DNA of 15,856 nucleotides from Giardia intestinalis (Eukaryota): NCBI GenBank assembly GCA_000002435.2, contig AACB03000028.1; one strand, 5' to 3'. Shown piece by piece: positions 7,342 to 15,856 of this stretch (position 1 is its first letter; each line of letters starts with the position of its first letter). The notes under the pieces were generated by a model. It saw only the letters and a program-made list of their open reading frames with translations, ran no database searches and was not told where the DNA came from. The position numbers and the translations under genes were made by a program.

Positions 7342-8905
7342 AAGAAGCCCAACAAGGGTGGTAGTGGGTGTGTGACATGCTCTGTGGGTGATTGCAAGAG
7401 CTGTGTGGTGGACAATATATGTGGGGAGTGTGTTGATGGATTCTACTTTAAAGCTGGCGATGCACCCAGCTGTGTTAGCGCAGAGGCGTGTACTAATGAG
7501 GAGGGCTTCTTCATCGACGCTACCGAGAAGAAGTGCACCGCGTGTGCAGATGATAATTGCGCTGTGTGCGTGGCCAAGGAGCAACAGAAGTGCAGCCTGT
7601 GTAAAACGTCTGGGACCAAGAAGTACCTGAAGAAGGATGGCGAGTCCACAACCGGCACGTGCGTTGACACAGCTGGTTGTCCGGCAACCCACTACGTTGA
7701 TGAAGAAGCAAAGGAGTGCAATACATGTGTGTCGGCTGGAACAACTGACTGCACCACTTGTGAGAAAGGCGCCAACGGAGTGGTTTGTAAGACGTGTACG
7801 ACTGATACGAAGACCATCTTTGGTCTCAACAGAAAGTCGTGCGTTGCTAGTTGCCCTGCTAACTCTACCCCCAAGGCCACCGGACAGGATAGCCAAGTGT
7901 GCGAGTGCAACGAAGGACTCCAACCTAATACTGAATCGACTGAATGCCAACCAATCAGTAACTGTAACACAGAGCACTGTTTGGAGTGCACCAGTGAAGG
8001 TGCCGATAAGGAGGTCTGTACAAAGTGTCTGTCTGAGTACTACCTCACCCCAACCAGTCAATGCGTATCTGACTGCACGACCCTCAAGGGCTACTACGGA
8101 AATGACACTGACAGAAAGTGCAAGAAGTGCAACGATGCGTGCGTAGAGTGCAAGGGTGAGGCGCTGATAAGTGTACGGCTTGTCCTGCTGGGAGGATGCT
8201 TCAGTATACAGATGCTGATACTCCTGCCAATGGGGGCACGTGCATGAACCAGTGCAGCGTGAGTTCTACAAACGATGGATGCGCAGAGTGTGGGGCTCAG
8301 ATAGGAGGAACTGCATACTGCTCAAAGTGCAAGAACACTCAACAGGCACCACTGGATGGCAACTGTGCGGCCAATACGCGAACACGATTTTGCACTACGG
8401 TGAGTAATGGAGCATGCACTCAATGTGAAAATAACTACTTCCTCAAAGATGGCGGTTGCTATCAGACAGATAGACAGCCTGGCAAGCAAGTGTGTACTAC
8501 AGTGCAGGGAGGAAAATGTACAAAATGTGCCAGTGGTCTAACGGCTGATAATGGCGATTGTTCCAATAAAAGGTGCCATCTTAGCTGCGAGACATGCACG
8601 GCTGCTAACGACGCTAACGCCTGTGCTACATGCAGCACTGGATATTACAAACCGCAGAGTGCTGGGACAAAGTGTAATCCGTGCTCTGAGGGGCTCGCTG
8701 GGTGCAGGCAGTGCACGGTGTCATCCACCGGTGCGTTCATGTGCTTCGTGATGGGCGACGGCACTGGCGACAACACCGGCGGAAGCGTCAACAAGAGCGG
8801 CCTCAGTACTGGTGCCATAGCAGGGATCTCCGTGGCTGTCATCGCTGTCGTGGGGGGCCTCGTGGGCTTCCTCTGCTGGTGGTTCGTGTGCAGGGGAAGG
8901 CGTGA
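7342..8905 (+). repeat. Copy 1 of the 1.56-kb block E, the C-terminal extension plus transmembrane helix. Copy 2 is at 12381..13946.
   Basis: Identity starts at AAGAAGCCCAACAAGGGTGGTAGTGGGTG. The copies differ only by two single-G deletions in this copy. Confidence 0.8.
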
Positions 8906-8912
8906 CTTGGGT

Positions 8913-8919
8913 AGTGAAT
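8913..8919 (+). promoter_or_regulatory. polyadenylation signal AGTGAAT for U4
   Basis: It has the same CTTGGGTAGTGAAT context after the out-of-frame canonical TGA at 8903..8905. Confidence 0.65.
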
Positions 8920-8958
8920 GCTGTACAATGGGTGATAGAAGGTGATAGTGGGTGATAA

Positions 8959-10829
8959 TGTGTGATAGTGGAGTGGATATGCACAAAGGCTGAGGGAGGA
9001 GTGTGCACTGCTTGTAAAGCAGATAACGGCCTGTTCAAGAACCCAGTTACACCTCAGAAGCCTGGTAGTGAGTGCATCCTCTGTCATGATGTCAATGGGG
9101 CAGATGGATATACAGGGGTGGCTAACTGCGCACAGTGTACCAAGTCAGACAGTAGTCCAGGACCTGCCACGTGTACAGAGTGCCAAGATGGATACTACAA
9201 GAACTCTCAGACATGTGTCAAATGTAATGAGCTTGTCTGACCTGCGATGGAAGTGGTCAGAATCATTGTACATCGTGCCCAGAGGGGAAGTACCTGAAGA
9301 GTAATCAATGTGTACAAGATACTGGATGCGATGGAAACACTTATGCTGACCCGGAGTCGGGAACATGCAAGGCATGTAGTACGATACACGCAGAGTGCAC
9401 GGCATGCTCCTTCGACAAGGCCACGGGGAAGCCGAAGTGCACTAACTGCGGGACCAATAAGACCCCCAGGACGGCCCTCGACGGGACATCGACCTGCGTG
9501 GCGAAGACGCTTGAAGGATGCGAGGGCGCTGACGAGGCCTTATTTATGAAGGAGGACAAAACGTGTGCTCTTTGTAGTGATGTGACAGATTCAACTCTTG
9601 GTAACGAAGGAAAGGCCAACTGCAAGACATGTACGAAAACAGGAAGTGACAATCCAACCTGCTCAGCCTGTCTCGATGGATACTTCTTTGATAGTGGTAC
9701 TAGTACATGTACAGACAAGTGTGGTGATAACTGTGCCACATGCTCTGTTGCTGGTGATCCAAATAAGTGTGAAACCTGCAAGACTGGATACTTCTTAGTA
9801 ACTACTACAGATCAACAGGGGAAGAAGTGCGTCCCATGCGATAGCGTAGACGATAAGGGTCGCGAAGGCTGCAGTGTCTGCTCTAACAACGGTGCTTTCA
9901 AGTGCACTGACTGTAAGCCTAACTATCGCAAGGAGGGCAGTACTGGCTCTGTCACATGCACCAAGATCTGTGAAGATGATACTGCCTGTGGAGGAACTTC
10001 TGGTGCCTGCGATGCAATAGTGATTGATGATAAGGGTGTAGAGCATCATTATTGCTCATACTGTGGAGAAGCTAATACGTATCCTATAGATGGGAAGTGT
10101 AATAGTGCTAAAGCAAATAATCAATGTGATCAAGGTGTATGTACACAATGCACTAACAACTACTTCTTGTATATGGGAGGTTGTTACAAGGTTGATACAG
10201 TACCTGGACAACATATGTGCAAGACAGCAGCCAACGGTGTCTGTACTGCTGTTAATGCCAACAATAGGTACTTCATAGTCCCTGGGGCAACCAATCAGAA
10301 TCAGTCTGTATTGGCATGTAGCAACTCCCTTGGCACACTAGTAGGCACTGGTGATACCTCTAAGGCATATGTGGGGGTAGATGGCTGTTCGGCATGTACG
10401 GCCCCAGCAGCTCCATCTGAGACTGGTATGACTGCTGCTGTGTGTACAGCGTGTACCAACAACAACAAGCCCAACCTGGCTGGGAGCGGGTGCTTCGCAT
10501 GTACCGTTGACGGATGCTCGCACTGTGGAGCAGGCGATAAGTGCGAGGCCTGTACCAGTAAAGACCAGAGGCCGAACACAGACGGAACGAAGTGCATCGC
10601 CTGCAATATCGACGGGTGCGTCAGGTGCAGCGAGGAGAACAAGTGCGGCCAGTGCGGGGACGACTACAGGCTGGAGGGTGAGGCGTGCGTGTCCACCAAG
10701 CCCAGCGGGGGCAACAGAAGCGGCCTCAGTACTGGTGCCATAGCAGGGATCTCCGTGGCTGTCATCGCTGTCGTGGGGGGCCTCGTGGGCTTCCTCTGCT
10801 GGTGGTTCGTGTGCAGGGGGAAGGCGTGA
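8959..10829 (+). pseudogene. VSP unit U5. A single 1-nt deletion near 9225..9232 splits it into a frame-1 ORF (8959..9240) and a frame-0 ORF (9231..10829). Its 3' 1488 bp are near-identical to U2.
   Basis: The frame-1 piece reads ICTKAEGGVCTACKADNGLFKNPVTPQKPGSECILCHDVNGADGY...KCNELV*. Frame 0 then continues CLTCDGSGQNHCTSCPEGKYLKSNQC...CRGKA*. The expected reading KCNE-x-CLTC is restored by inserting one nucleotide. Confidence 0.75.
9342..10829 (+). repeat. Copy 2 of block A
   Basis: See copy 1. The protein stretch AKTLEGCEGADEALFMKEDKTCALCSD...CRGKA is identical in the 2048, 9498 and 14397 ORFs. Confidence 0.8.
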
Positions 10830-10836
10830 CTTGGGT

Positions 10837-10843
10837 AGTGAAT
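10837..10843 (+). promoter_or_regulatory. polyadenylation signal AGTGAAT for U5
   Basis: It lies 7 nt after the TGA at 10827..10829. Confidence 0.7.
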
Positions 10844-10937
10844 GCTGTACAATGTGTGATAGAGGGTGATAGGTATGATAGTGGAGTGAGATATGCACAA
10901 AGGCCTGAGGGAGTGTGCACTGCTTGTAAGCAGCTAA

Positions 10938-13900
10938 CGGCCTGTTCAAGAACCCGTTACACCTCAGAAGGGTAGTGAGTGCATCCTCTGTCATGATGTC
11001 AATGGGGCAGATGGATATACAGGGGTGGCTAACTGCGCCACATGTACGGCACCAAGTGGTAGTCCAGGAGCGGCCACGTGTGATACCTGCAGAGATGGAT
11101 ACTATAAGAACGCTCAGACATGTGAGAAGTGCCAAGGGAACTGTGCCACCTGTGAGACTGAGGCGACCCACTGTACCTCTTGTAAGGGAAATACGTTCCT
11201 GAAGACTGATACTAACACTTGCGTAGAGGCTGGTCAATGCACTGGAAATAAGTACCCCGACCCAAGCACCGGCAAGTGCACAGCTTGTAACGCTCAAGAA
11301 GTGGGGATAGATGGATGCGACACATGTGAGTATGATACGACGCTGCAGAAGCCGAAGTGCCTGACATGTACTGGTAAGATAGTCAAAGAAGAGGCCGACG
11401 GGACGACCACCTGCATTGCTGAGGGGGCTTGTACCCAAAACGGGAACGATGGTCCGAACTTTCTAACTGAACCGAACAAAAAGTGCATTCTCTGCAGTAA
11501 TAATGTAGATTCAACCCCTGGCAATACAGGTGTTCTTGGTTGTAGCACATGCTCTAAAGCTAATTCTGGTACAAATCCTCAGTGCAAGACATGCCTCGAC
11601 GGATACTACAATAGCGCAAATAGTGGTAGTGGTACCGCTACATGCACAGTCTGTGGCGAGAATTGCGCCACCTGCACTCAAGCTGGCAATAATCAGTGTA
11701 CTAAATGCAAGCCTGGATTCTTCATGAAAGGCAGTGGTCCTACTGGTGAGTGCCTTCCTTGTGATAATGCACAGGAGGGCATCGATGGATGTGCTGAGTG
11801 CACTGGTCCTGCAGGATCCCTCAAGTGTACAAAGTGCAAGCCTAACAGGAAGCCCGTTGGAACCTCAGACAACTATACATGCACAGAGAAGACCTGCGAG
11901 GATGAGACTGCGTGTGGTGGTACCTCTGGAGCTTGCAATGCCATAGTAATTGATACTGATGGCAACACAAAGCACTACTGTTCATACTGTGGAGATAGCT
12001 CACAAGCTCCTATCGATGGTCTCTGTGCTACTGATAAGAAAGGCAATACTGCTTGCACTAGTCATACCTGTCCCTCTTGTGCTGCTAACTACTTCCTCTA
12101 TATGAACGGCTGTTATAGTGTATCAGCTCAACCTGGCAACTACATGTGCAAGAAAGCAGATAATAATGGGATATGCACAGAGGCGGCCAACAATAAGTAC
12201 TTCATAGTCCCAGGGGCATCCAATCAGAATCAGTCTGTACTAGCATGTGGTAACCCCCTAGGCACACTAGTAGATACTAAGGCATACGTGGGGGTCGAGG
12301 GCTGCTCCCAGTGTACAGCCCCAGTAGCTCTGACTGAGGCTGGTATGGCTGCCGCTACATGCACCTCCTGTGACAGTGATAAGAAGCCCAACAAGGGTGG
12401 TAGTGGGTGTGTGACATGCTCTGTGGGTGATTGCAAGAGCTGTGTGGTGGACAATATATGTGGGGAGTGTGTTGATGGATTCTACTTTAAAGCTGGCGAT
12501 GCACCCAGCTGTGTTAGCGCAGAGGCGTGTACTAATGAGGAGGGCTTCTTCATCGACGCTACCGAGAAGAAGTGCACCGCGTGTGCAGATGATAATTGCG
12601 CTGTGTGCGTGGCCAAGGAGCAACAGAAGTGCAGCCTGTGTAAAACGTCTGGGACCAAGAAGTACCTGAAGAAGGATGGCGAGTCCACAACCGGCACGTG
12701 CGTTGACACAGCTGGTTGTCCGGCAACCCACTACGTTGATGAAGAAGCAAAGGAGTGCAATACATGTGTGTCGGCTGGAACAACTGACTGCACCACTTGT
12801 GAGAAAGGCGCCAACGGAGTGGTTTGTAAGACGTGTACGACTGATACGAAGACCATCTTTGGTCTCAACAGAAAGTCGTGCGTTGCTAGTTGCCCTGCTA
12901 ACTCTACCCCCAAGGCCACCGGACAGGATAGCCAAGTGTGCGAGTGCAACGAAGGACTCCAACCTAATACTGAATCGACTGAATGCCAACCAATCAGTAA
13001 CTGTAACACAGAGCACTGTTTGGAGTGCACCAGTGAAGGTGCCGATAAGGAGGTCTGTACAAAGTGTCTGTCTGAGTACTACCTCACCCCAACCAGTCAA
13101 TGCGTATCTGACTGCACGACCCTCAAGGGCTACTACGGAAATGACACTGACAGAAAGTGCAAGAAGTGCAACGATGCGTGCGTAGAGTGCAAGGGTGAGG
13201 GCGCTGATAAGTGTACGGCTTGTCCTGCTGGGAGGATGCTTCAGTATACAGATGCTGATACTCCTGCCAATGGGGGCACGTGCATGAACCAGTGCAGCGT
13301 GAGTTCTACAAACGATGGATGCGCAGAGTGTGGGGCTCAGATAGGAGGAACTGCATACTGCTCAAAGTGCAAGAACACTCAACAGGCACCACTGGATGGC
13401 AACTGTGCGGCCAATACGCGAACACGATTTTGCACTACGGTGAGTAATGGAGCATGCACTCAATGTGAAAATAACTACTTCCTCAAAGATGGCGGTTGCT
13501 ATCAGACAGATAGACAGCCTGGCAAGCAAGTGTGTACTACAGTGCAGGGAGGAAAATGTACAAAATGTGCCAGTGGTCTAACGGCTGATAATGGCGATTG
13601 TTCCAATAAAAGGTGCCATCTTAGCTGCGAGACATGCACGGCTGCTAACGACGCTAACGCCTGTGCTACATGCAGCACTGGATATTACAAACCGCAGAGT
13701 GCTGGGACAAAGTGTAATCCGTGCTCTGAGGGGCTCGCTGGGTGCAGGCAGTGCACGGTGTCATCCACCGGTGCGTTCATGTGCTTCGTGATGGGCGACG
13801 GCACTGGCGACAACACCGGCGGAAGCGTCAACAAGAGCGGCCTCAGTACTGGTGCCATAGCAGGGATCTCCGTGGCTGTCATCGCTGTCGTGGGGGGCCT

Positions 13901-13946
13901 CGTGGGCTTCCTCTGCTGGTGGTTCGTGTGCAGGGGGAAGGCGTGA
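10938..13946 (+). CDS. Large VSP cassette U6. The continuous ORF is about 1000 codons (the ORF track gives 11025..13946 from a GTG). It has two GGCY motifs and ends in the transmembrane helix plus CRGKA. The 5' leader at 10882..10937 is degenerate and frameshifted relative to U5, with no ATG or signal peptide.
   Basis: It reads ...EPVTPQKGSECILCHDVNGADGYTGVANCATCTAP... through YMNGCYSVS and LKDGGCYQTD to ...[10 protein letters not shown]. The last 1.56 kb are identical to U4. Confidence 0.85.
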   Translation, partial: RPVQEPVTPQKGSECILCHDVNGADGYTGVANCATCTAPSGSPGAATCDTCRDGYYKNAQTCEKCQGNCATCETEATHCTSCKGNTFLKTDTNTCVEAGQCTGNKYPDPSTGKCTACNAQEVGIDGCDTCEYDTTLQKPKCLTCTGKIVKEEADGTTTCIAEGACTQNGNDGPNFLTEPNKKCILCSNNVDSTPGNTGVLGCSTCSKANSGTNPQCKTCLDGYYNSANSGSGTATCTVCGENCATCTQAGNNQCTKCKPGFFMKGSGPTGECLPCDNAQEGIDGCAECTGPAGSLKCTKCKPNRKPVGTSDNYTCTEKTCEDETACGGTSGACNAIVIDTDGNTKHYCSYCGDSSQAPIDGLCATDKKGNTACTSHTCPSCAANYFLYMNGCYSVSAQPGNYMCKKADNNGICTEAANNKYFIVPGASNQNQSVLACGNPLGTLVDTKAYVGVEGCSQCTAPVALTEAGMAAATCTSCDSDKKPNKGGSGCVTCSVGDCKSCVVDNICGECVDGFYFKAGDAPSCVSAEACTNEEGFFIDATEKKCTACADDNCAVCVAKEQQKCSLCKTSGTKKYLKKDGESTTGTCVDTAGCPATHYVDEEAKECNTCVSAGTTDCTTCEKGANGVVCKTCTTDTKTIFGLNRKSCVASCPANSTPKATGQDSQVCECNEGLQPNTESTECQPISNCNTEHCLECTSEGADKEVCTKCLSEYYLTPTSQCVSDCTTLKGYYGNDTDRKCKKCNDACVECKGEGADKCTACPAGRMLQYTDADTPANGGTCMNQCSVSSTNDGCAECGAQIGGTAYCSKCKNTQQAPLDGNCAANTRTRFCTTVSNGACTQCENNYFLKDGGCYQTDRQPGKQVCTTVQGGKCTKCASGLTADNGDCSNKRCHLSCETCTAANDANACATCSTGYYKPQSAGTKCNPCSEGLAGCRQCTVSSTGAFMCFVMGDGTGDNTGGSVNKSGLSTGAIAGISVAVIAVVGGLVGFLCWWFVCRGKA
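12381..13946 (+). repeat. Copy 2 of block E (intact)
   Basis: See copy 1. Confidence 0.8.
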
Positions 13947-13953
13947 CTTGGGT

Positions 13954-13960
13954 AGTGAAT
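13954..13960 (+). promoter_or_regulatory. polyadenylation signal AGTGAAT for U6
   Basis: It lies 7 nt after the TGA at 13944..13946. Confidence 0.7.
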
Positions 13961-14006
13961 GCTATACAATGTGTGATAATGGGTATAGAGGGTGATAGTG
14001 TGATAG

Positions 14007-15829
14007 TGGAGTGTGATATGTACAAAGGCCAGTAATGGACTGTGCACTGCTTGTAAGACAGATAACGACTTTCCAGAACAGGCAGACAGGTGACCTGGTG
14101 GGAGTGCATCTTGTGCTCTGATATCAAGGGGCAATGGATATACGGGGTGGCAACTGCTCAAGTGTACGGCACCAGGAATGCAGGACCTGCCACGTGTAAT
14201 ACTGTCAAGAGGGTACTTCCTAAACAACAGCTTTGTAAGCATGCGAGGAACTGTGCACCTGTGAGAATCGGCGACCAGTGACATCGTGTCCAGAGGGGAA
14301 GTACCTCAAGGGAATCAATGTACTGATACTGTGGTATGATAAGTATGCTGACCCGGAGTCTGGAACGTGCATGGCATGTAGTACGATACACGCAGAGTGC
14401 ACGGCATGCTCCTTCGACAAGGCCACGGGGAAGCCAAGTGCACTAACTGCGGGACCAATAAGACCCCCAGGACGGCCCTCGACGGGACATCGACCTGCGT
14501 GGCGAAGACGCTTGAAGGATGCGAGGGCGCTGACGAGGCCTTATTTATGAAGGAGGACAAAACGTGTGCTCTTTGTAGTGATGTGACAGATTCAACTCTT
14601 GGTAACGAAGGAAAGGCCAACTGCAAGACATGTACGAAAACAGGAAGTGACAATCCAACCTGCTCAGCCTGTCTCGATGGATACTTCTTTGATAGTGGTA
14701 CTAGTACATGTACAGACAAGTGTGGTGATAACTGTGCCACATGCTCTGTTGCTGGTGATCCAAATAAGTGTGAAACCTGCAAGACTGGATACTTCTTAGT
14801 AACTACTACAGATCAACAGGGGAAGAAGTGCGTCCCATGCGATAGCGTAGACGATAAGGGTCGCGAAGGCTGCAGTGTCTGCTCTAACAACGGTGCTTTC
14901 AAGTGCACTGACTGTAAGCCTAACTATCGCAAGGAGGGCAGTACTGGCTCTGTCACATGCACCAAGATCTGTGAAGATGATACTGCCTGTGGAGGAACTT
15001 CTGGTGCCTGCGATGCAATAGTGATTGATGATAAGGGTGTAGAGCATCATTATTGCTCATACTGTGGAGAAGCTAATACGTATCCTATAGATGGGAAGTG
15101 TAATAGTGCTAAAGCAAATAATCAATGTGATCAAGGTGTATGTACACAATGCACTAACAACTACTTCTTGTATATGGGAGGTTGTTACAAGGTTGATACA
15201 GTACCTGGACAACATATGTGCAAGACAGCAGCCAACGGTGTCTGTACTGCTGTTAATGCCAACAATAGGTACTTCATAGTCCCTGGGGCAACCAATCAGA
15301 ATCAGTCTGTATTGGCATGTAGCAACTCCCTTGGCACACTAGTAGGCACTGGTGATACCTCTAAGGCATACGTGGGGGTAGATGGCTGTTCGGCATGTAC
15401 GGCCCCAGCAGCTCCATCTGAGACTGGTATGACTGCTGCTGTGTGTACAGCGTGTACCAACAACAACAAGCCCAACCTGGCTGGGAGCGGGTGCTTCGCA
15501 TGTACCGTTGACGGATGCTCGCACTGTGGAGCAGGCGGTAAGTGCGAGGCCTGTACCAGTAAAGACCAGAGGCCGAACACAGACGGAACGAAGTGCATCG
15601 CCTGCAATATCGACGGGTGCGTCAGGTGCAGCGAGGAGAACAAGTGCGGCCAGTGTGGGGACGACTACAGGCTGGAGGGTGAGCGTGCGTGTCCACCAAG
15701 CCCAGCGGGGGCAACAGAAGCGGCCTCAGTACTGGTGCCATAGCAGGGATCTCCGTGGCTGTCATCGCTGTCGTGGGGGGCCTCGTGGGCTTCCTCTGCT
15801 GGTGGTTCGTGTGCAGGGGGAAGGCGTGA
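14007..15829 (+). pseudogene. VSP unit U7, a decayed whole-unit copy of U2. Its first roughly 400 bp carry many short deletions. One further 1-nt deletion near 15680 (GAGGCG has become GAGCG) truncates it before the transmembrane helix.
   Basis: The ORF track has fragments 14090..14281, 14278..14550 and 14397..15743 in different frames. The 14397..15743 piece is identical to U2 and U5 protein apart from an AGDK to AGGK change and the final ...[11 protein letters not shown]... frameshift. Confidence 0.75.
14344..15829 (+). repeat. Copy 3 of block A, carrying two 1-nt deletions
   Basis: See copy 1. Confidence 0.75.
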
Positions 15830-15835
15830 TTGGGT

Positions 15836-15842
15836 AGTGAAT
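15836..15842 (+). promoter_or_regulatory. polyadenylation signal AGTGAAT for U7
   Basis: It follows TGATTGGGT. One C has been lost from the usual CTTGGGT. Confidence 0.6.
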
Positions 15843-15856
15843 GCTGTACAATGTGT

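Larger units (their letters stand above)
5834..8945 (+). pseudogene. Long mosaic VSP unit U4. Its 5' 0.4 kb is identical to U3, its middle is diverged and U2-like, and its 3' 1.56 kb is identical to U6. It has a frameshift near 6455..6485, a second 1-nt G deletion near 8160, and a third 1-nt G deletion that destroys the CRGKA tail.
   Basis: The ORF pieces are 5924..6511 (frame 2), 6508..8247 (frame 1) and 8196..8945 (frame 0). The 8160 lesion is GAGGCGCTG here versus GAGGGCGCTG in the intact paralogue U6. The tail is CAGGGGAAGG here versus CAGGGGGAAGG in U6. Confidence 0.8.

Noticed and set aside
1-15856. A CRISPR array, or a prokaryotic operon or phage-defence system.
   Set aside because: The repeats are kb-scale protein-coding units, not 25 to 40 bp direct repeats with unique spacers. 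The poly(A) signals, the VSP transmembrane/CRGKA architecture and the codon usage all place this in a eukaryotic Giardia genome.

Overview
This window is eukaryotic, not prokaryotic. It is a head-to-tail tandem array, all on the + strand, of at least eight Giardia-type variant-specific surface protein (VSP) units: one partial unit at the left edge and seven complete units of about 1.9 to 3.1 kb.

**Why VSP.** The proteins are very cysteine-rich, with dozens of CXXC pairs, and carry the GGCY motif. They end in a C-terminal hydrophobic transmembrane helix ([30 protein letters not shown]) followed by the invariant 5-residue cytoplasmic tail CRGKA and a stop. The Giardia polyadenylation signal AGTGAAT sits exactly 7 nt after every stop.

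**Unit structure.** Units are separated by a conserved, stop-codon-dense 51-nt spacer and all lie in one continuous reading frame. No unit has an in-frame ATG or an N-terminal signal peptide at its 5' end; each ORF simply opens right after an in-frame TAG. They therefore look like silent VSP cassettes or pseudogenes rather than independently expressed genes. Three cassettes carry intact ORFs of 612 to about 1000 codons. Four carry frameshifts, which are 1-nt deletions wherever an intact paralogue is available for comparison. In two units the same G-run deletion destroys the CRGKA tail.

**Mosaicism.** The units are patchworks of near-identical blocks shared in different combinations. There is a 1.49-kb 3' block in three copies, a 1.56-kb 3' block in two copies, and a 0.41-kb spacer-plus-5' block in two copies. 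A roughly 0.5-kb pre-transmembrane block is shared by four units. A conserved switch point, CCTAGGCACACTAGTAG (PLGTLV), is present in six of the seven full units. This pattern points to repeated segmental gene conversion or unequal crossing-over.

I found no rRNA, tRNA, CRISPR array or transposon. The long minus-strand ORFs are antisense artefacts of the cysteine/glycine/threonine-rich codon usage. The ORF track's start positions for these units are not real starts. At the four I checked (2048, 4037, 9498, 11025) the M is a GTG codon, and 262 and 6508 are internal ATGs.
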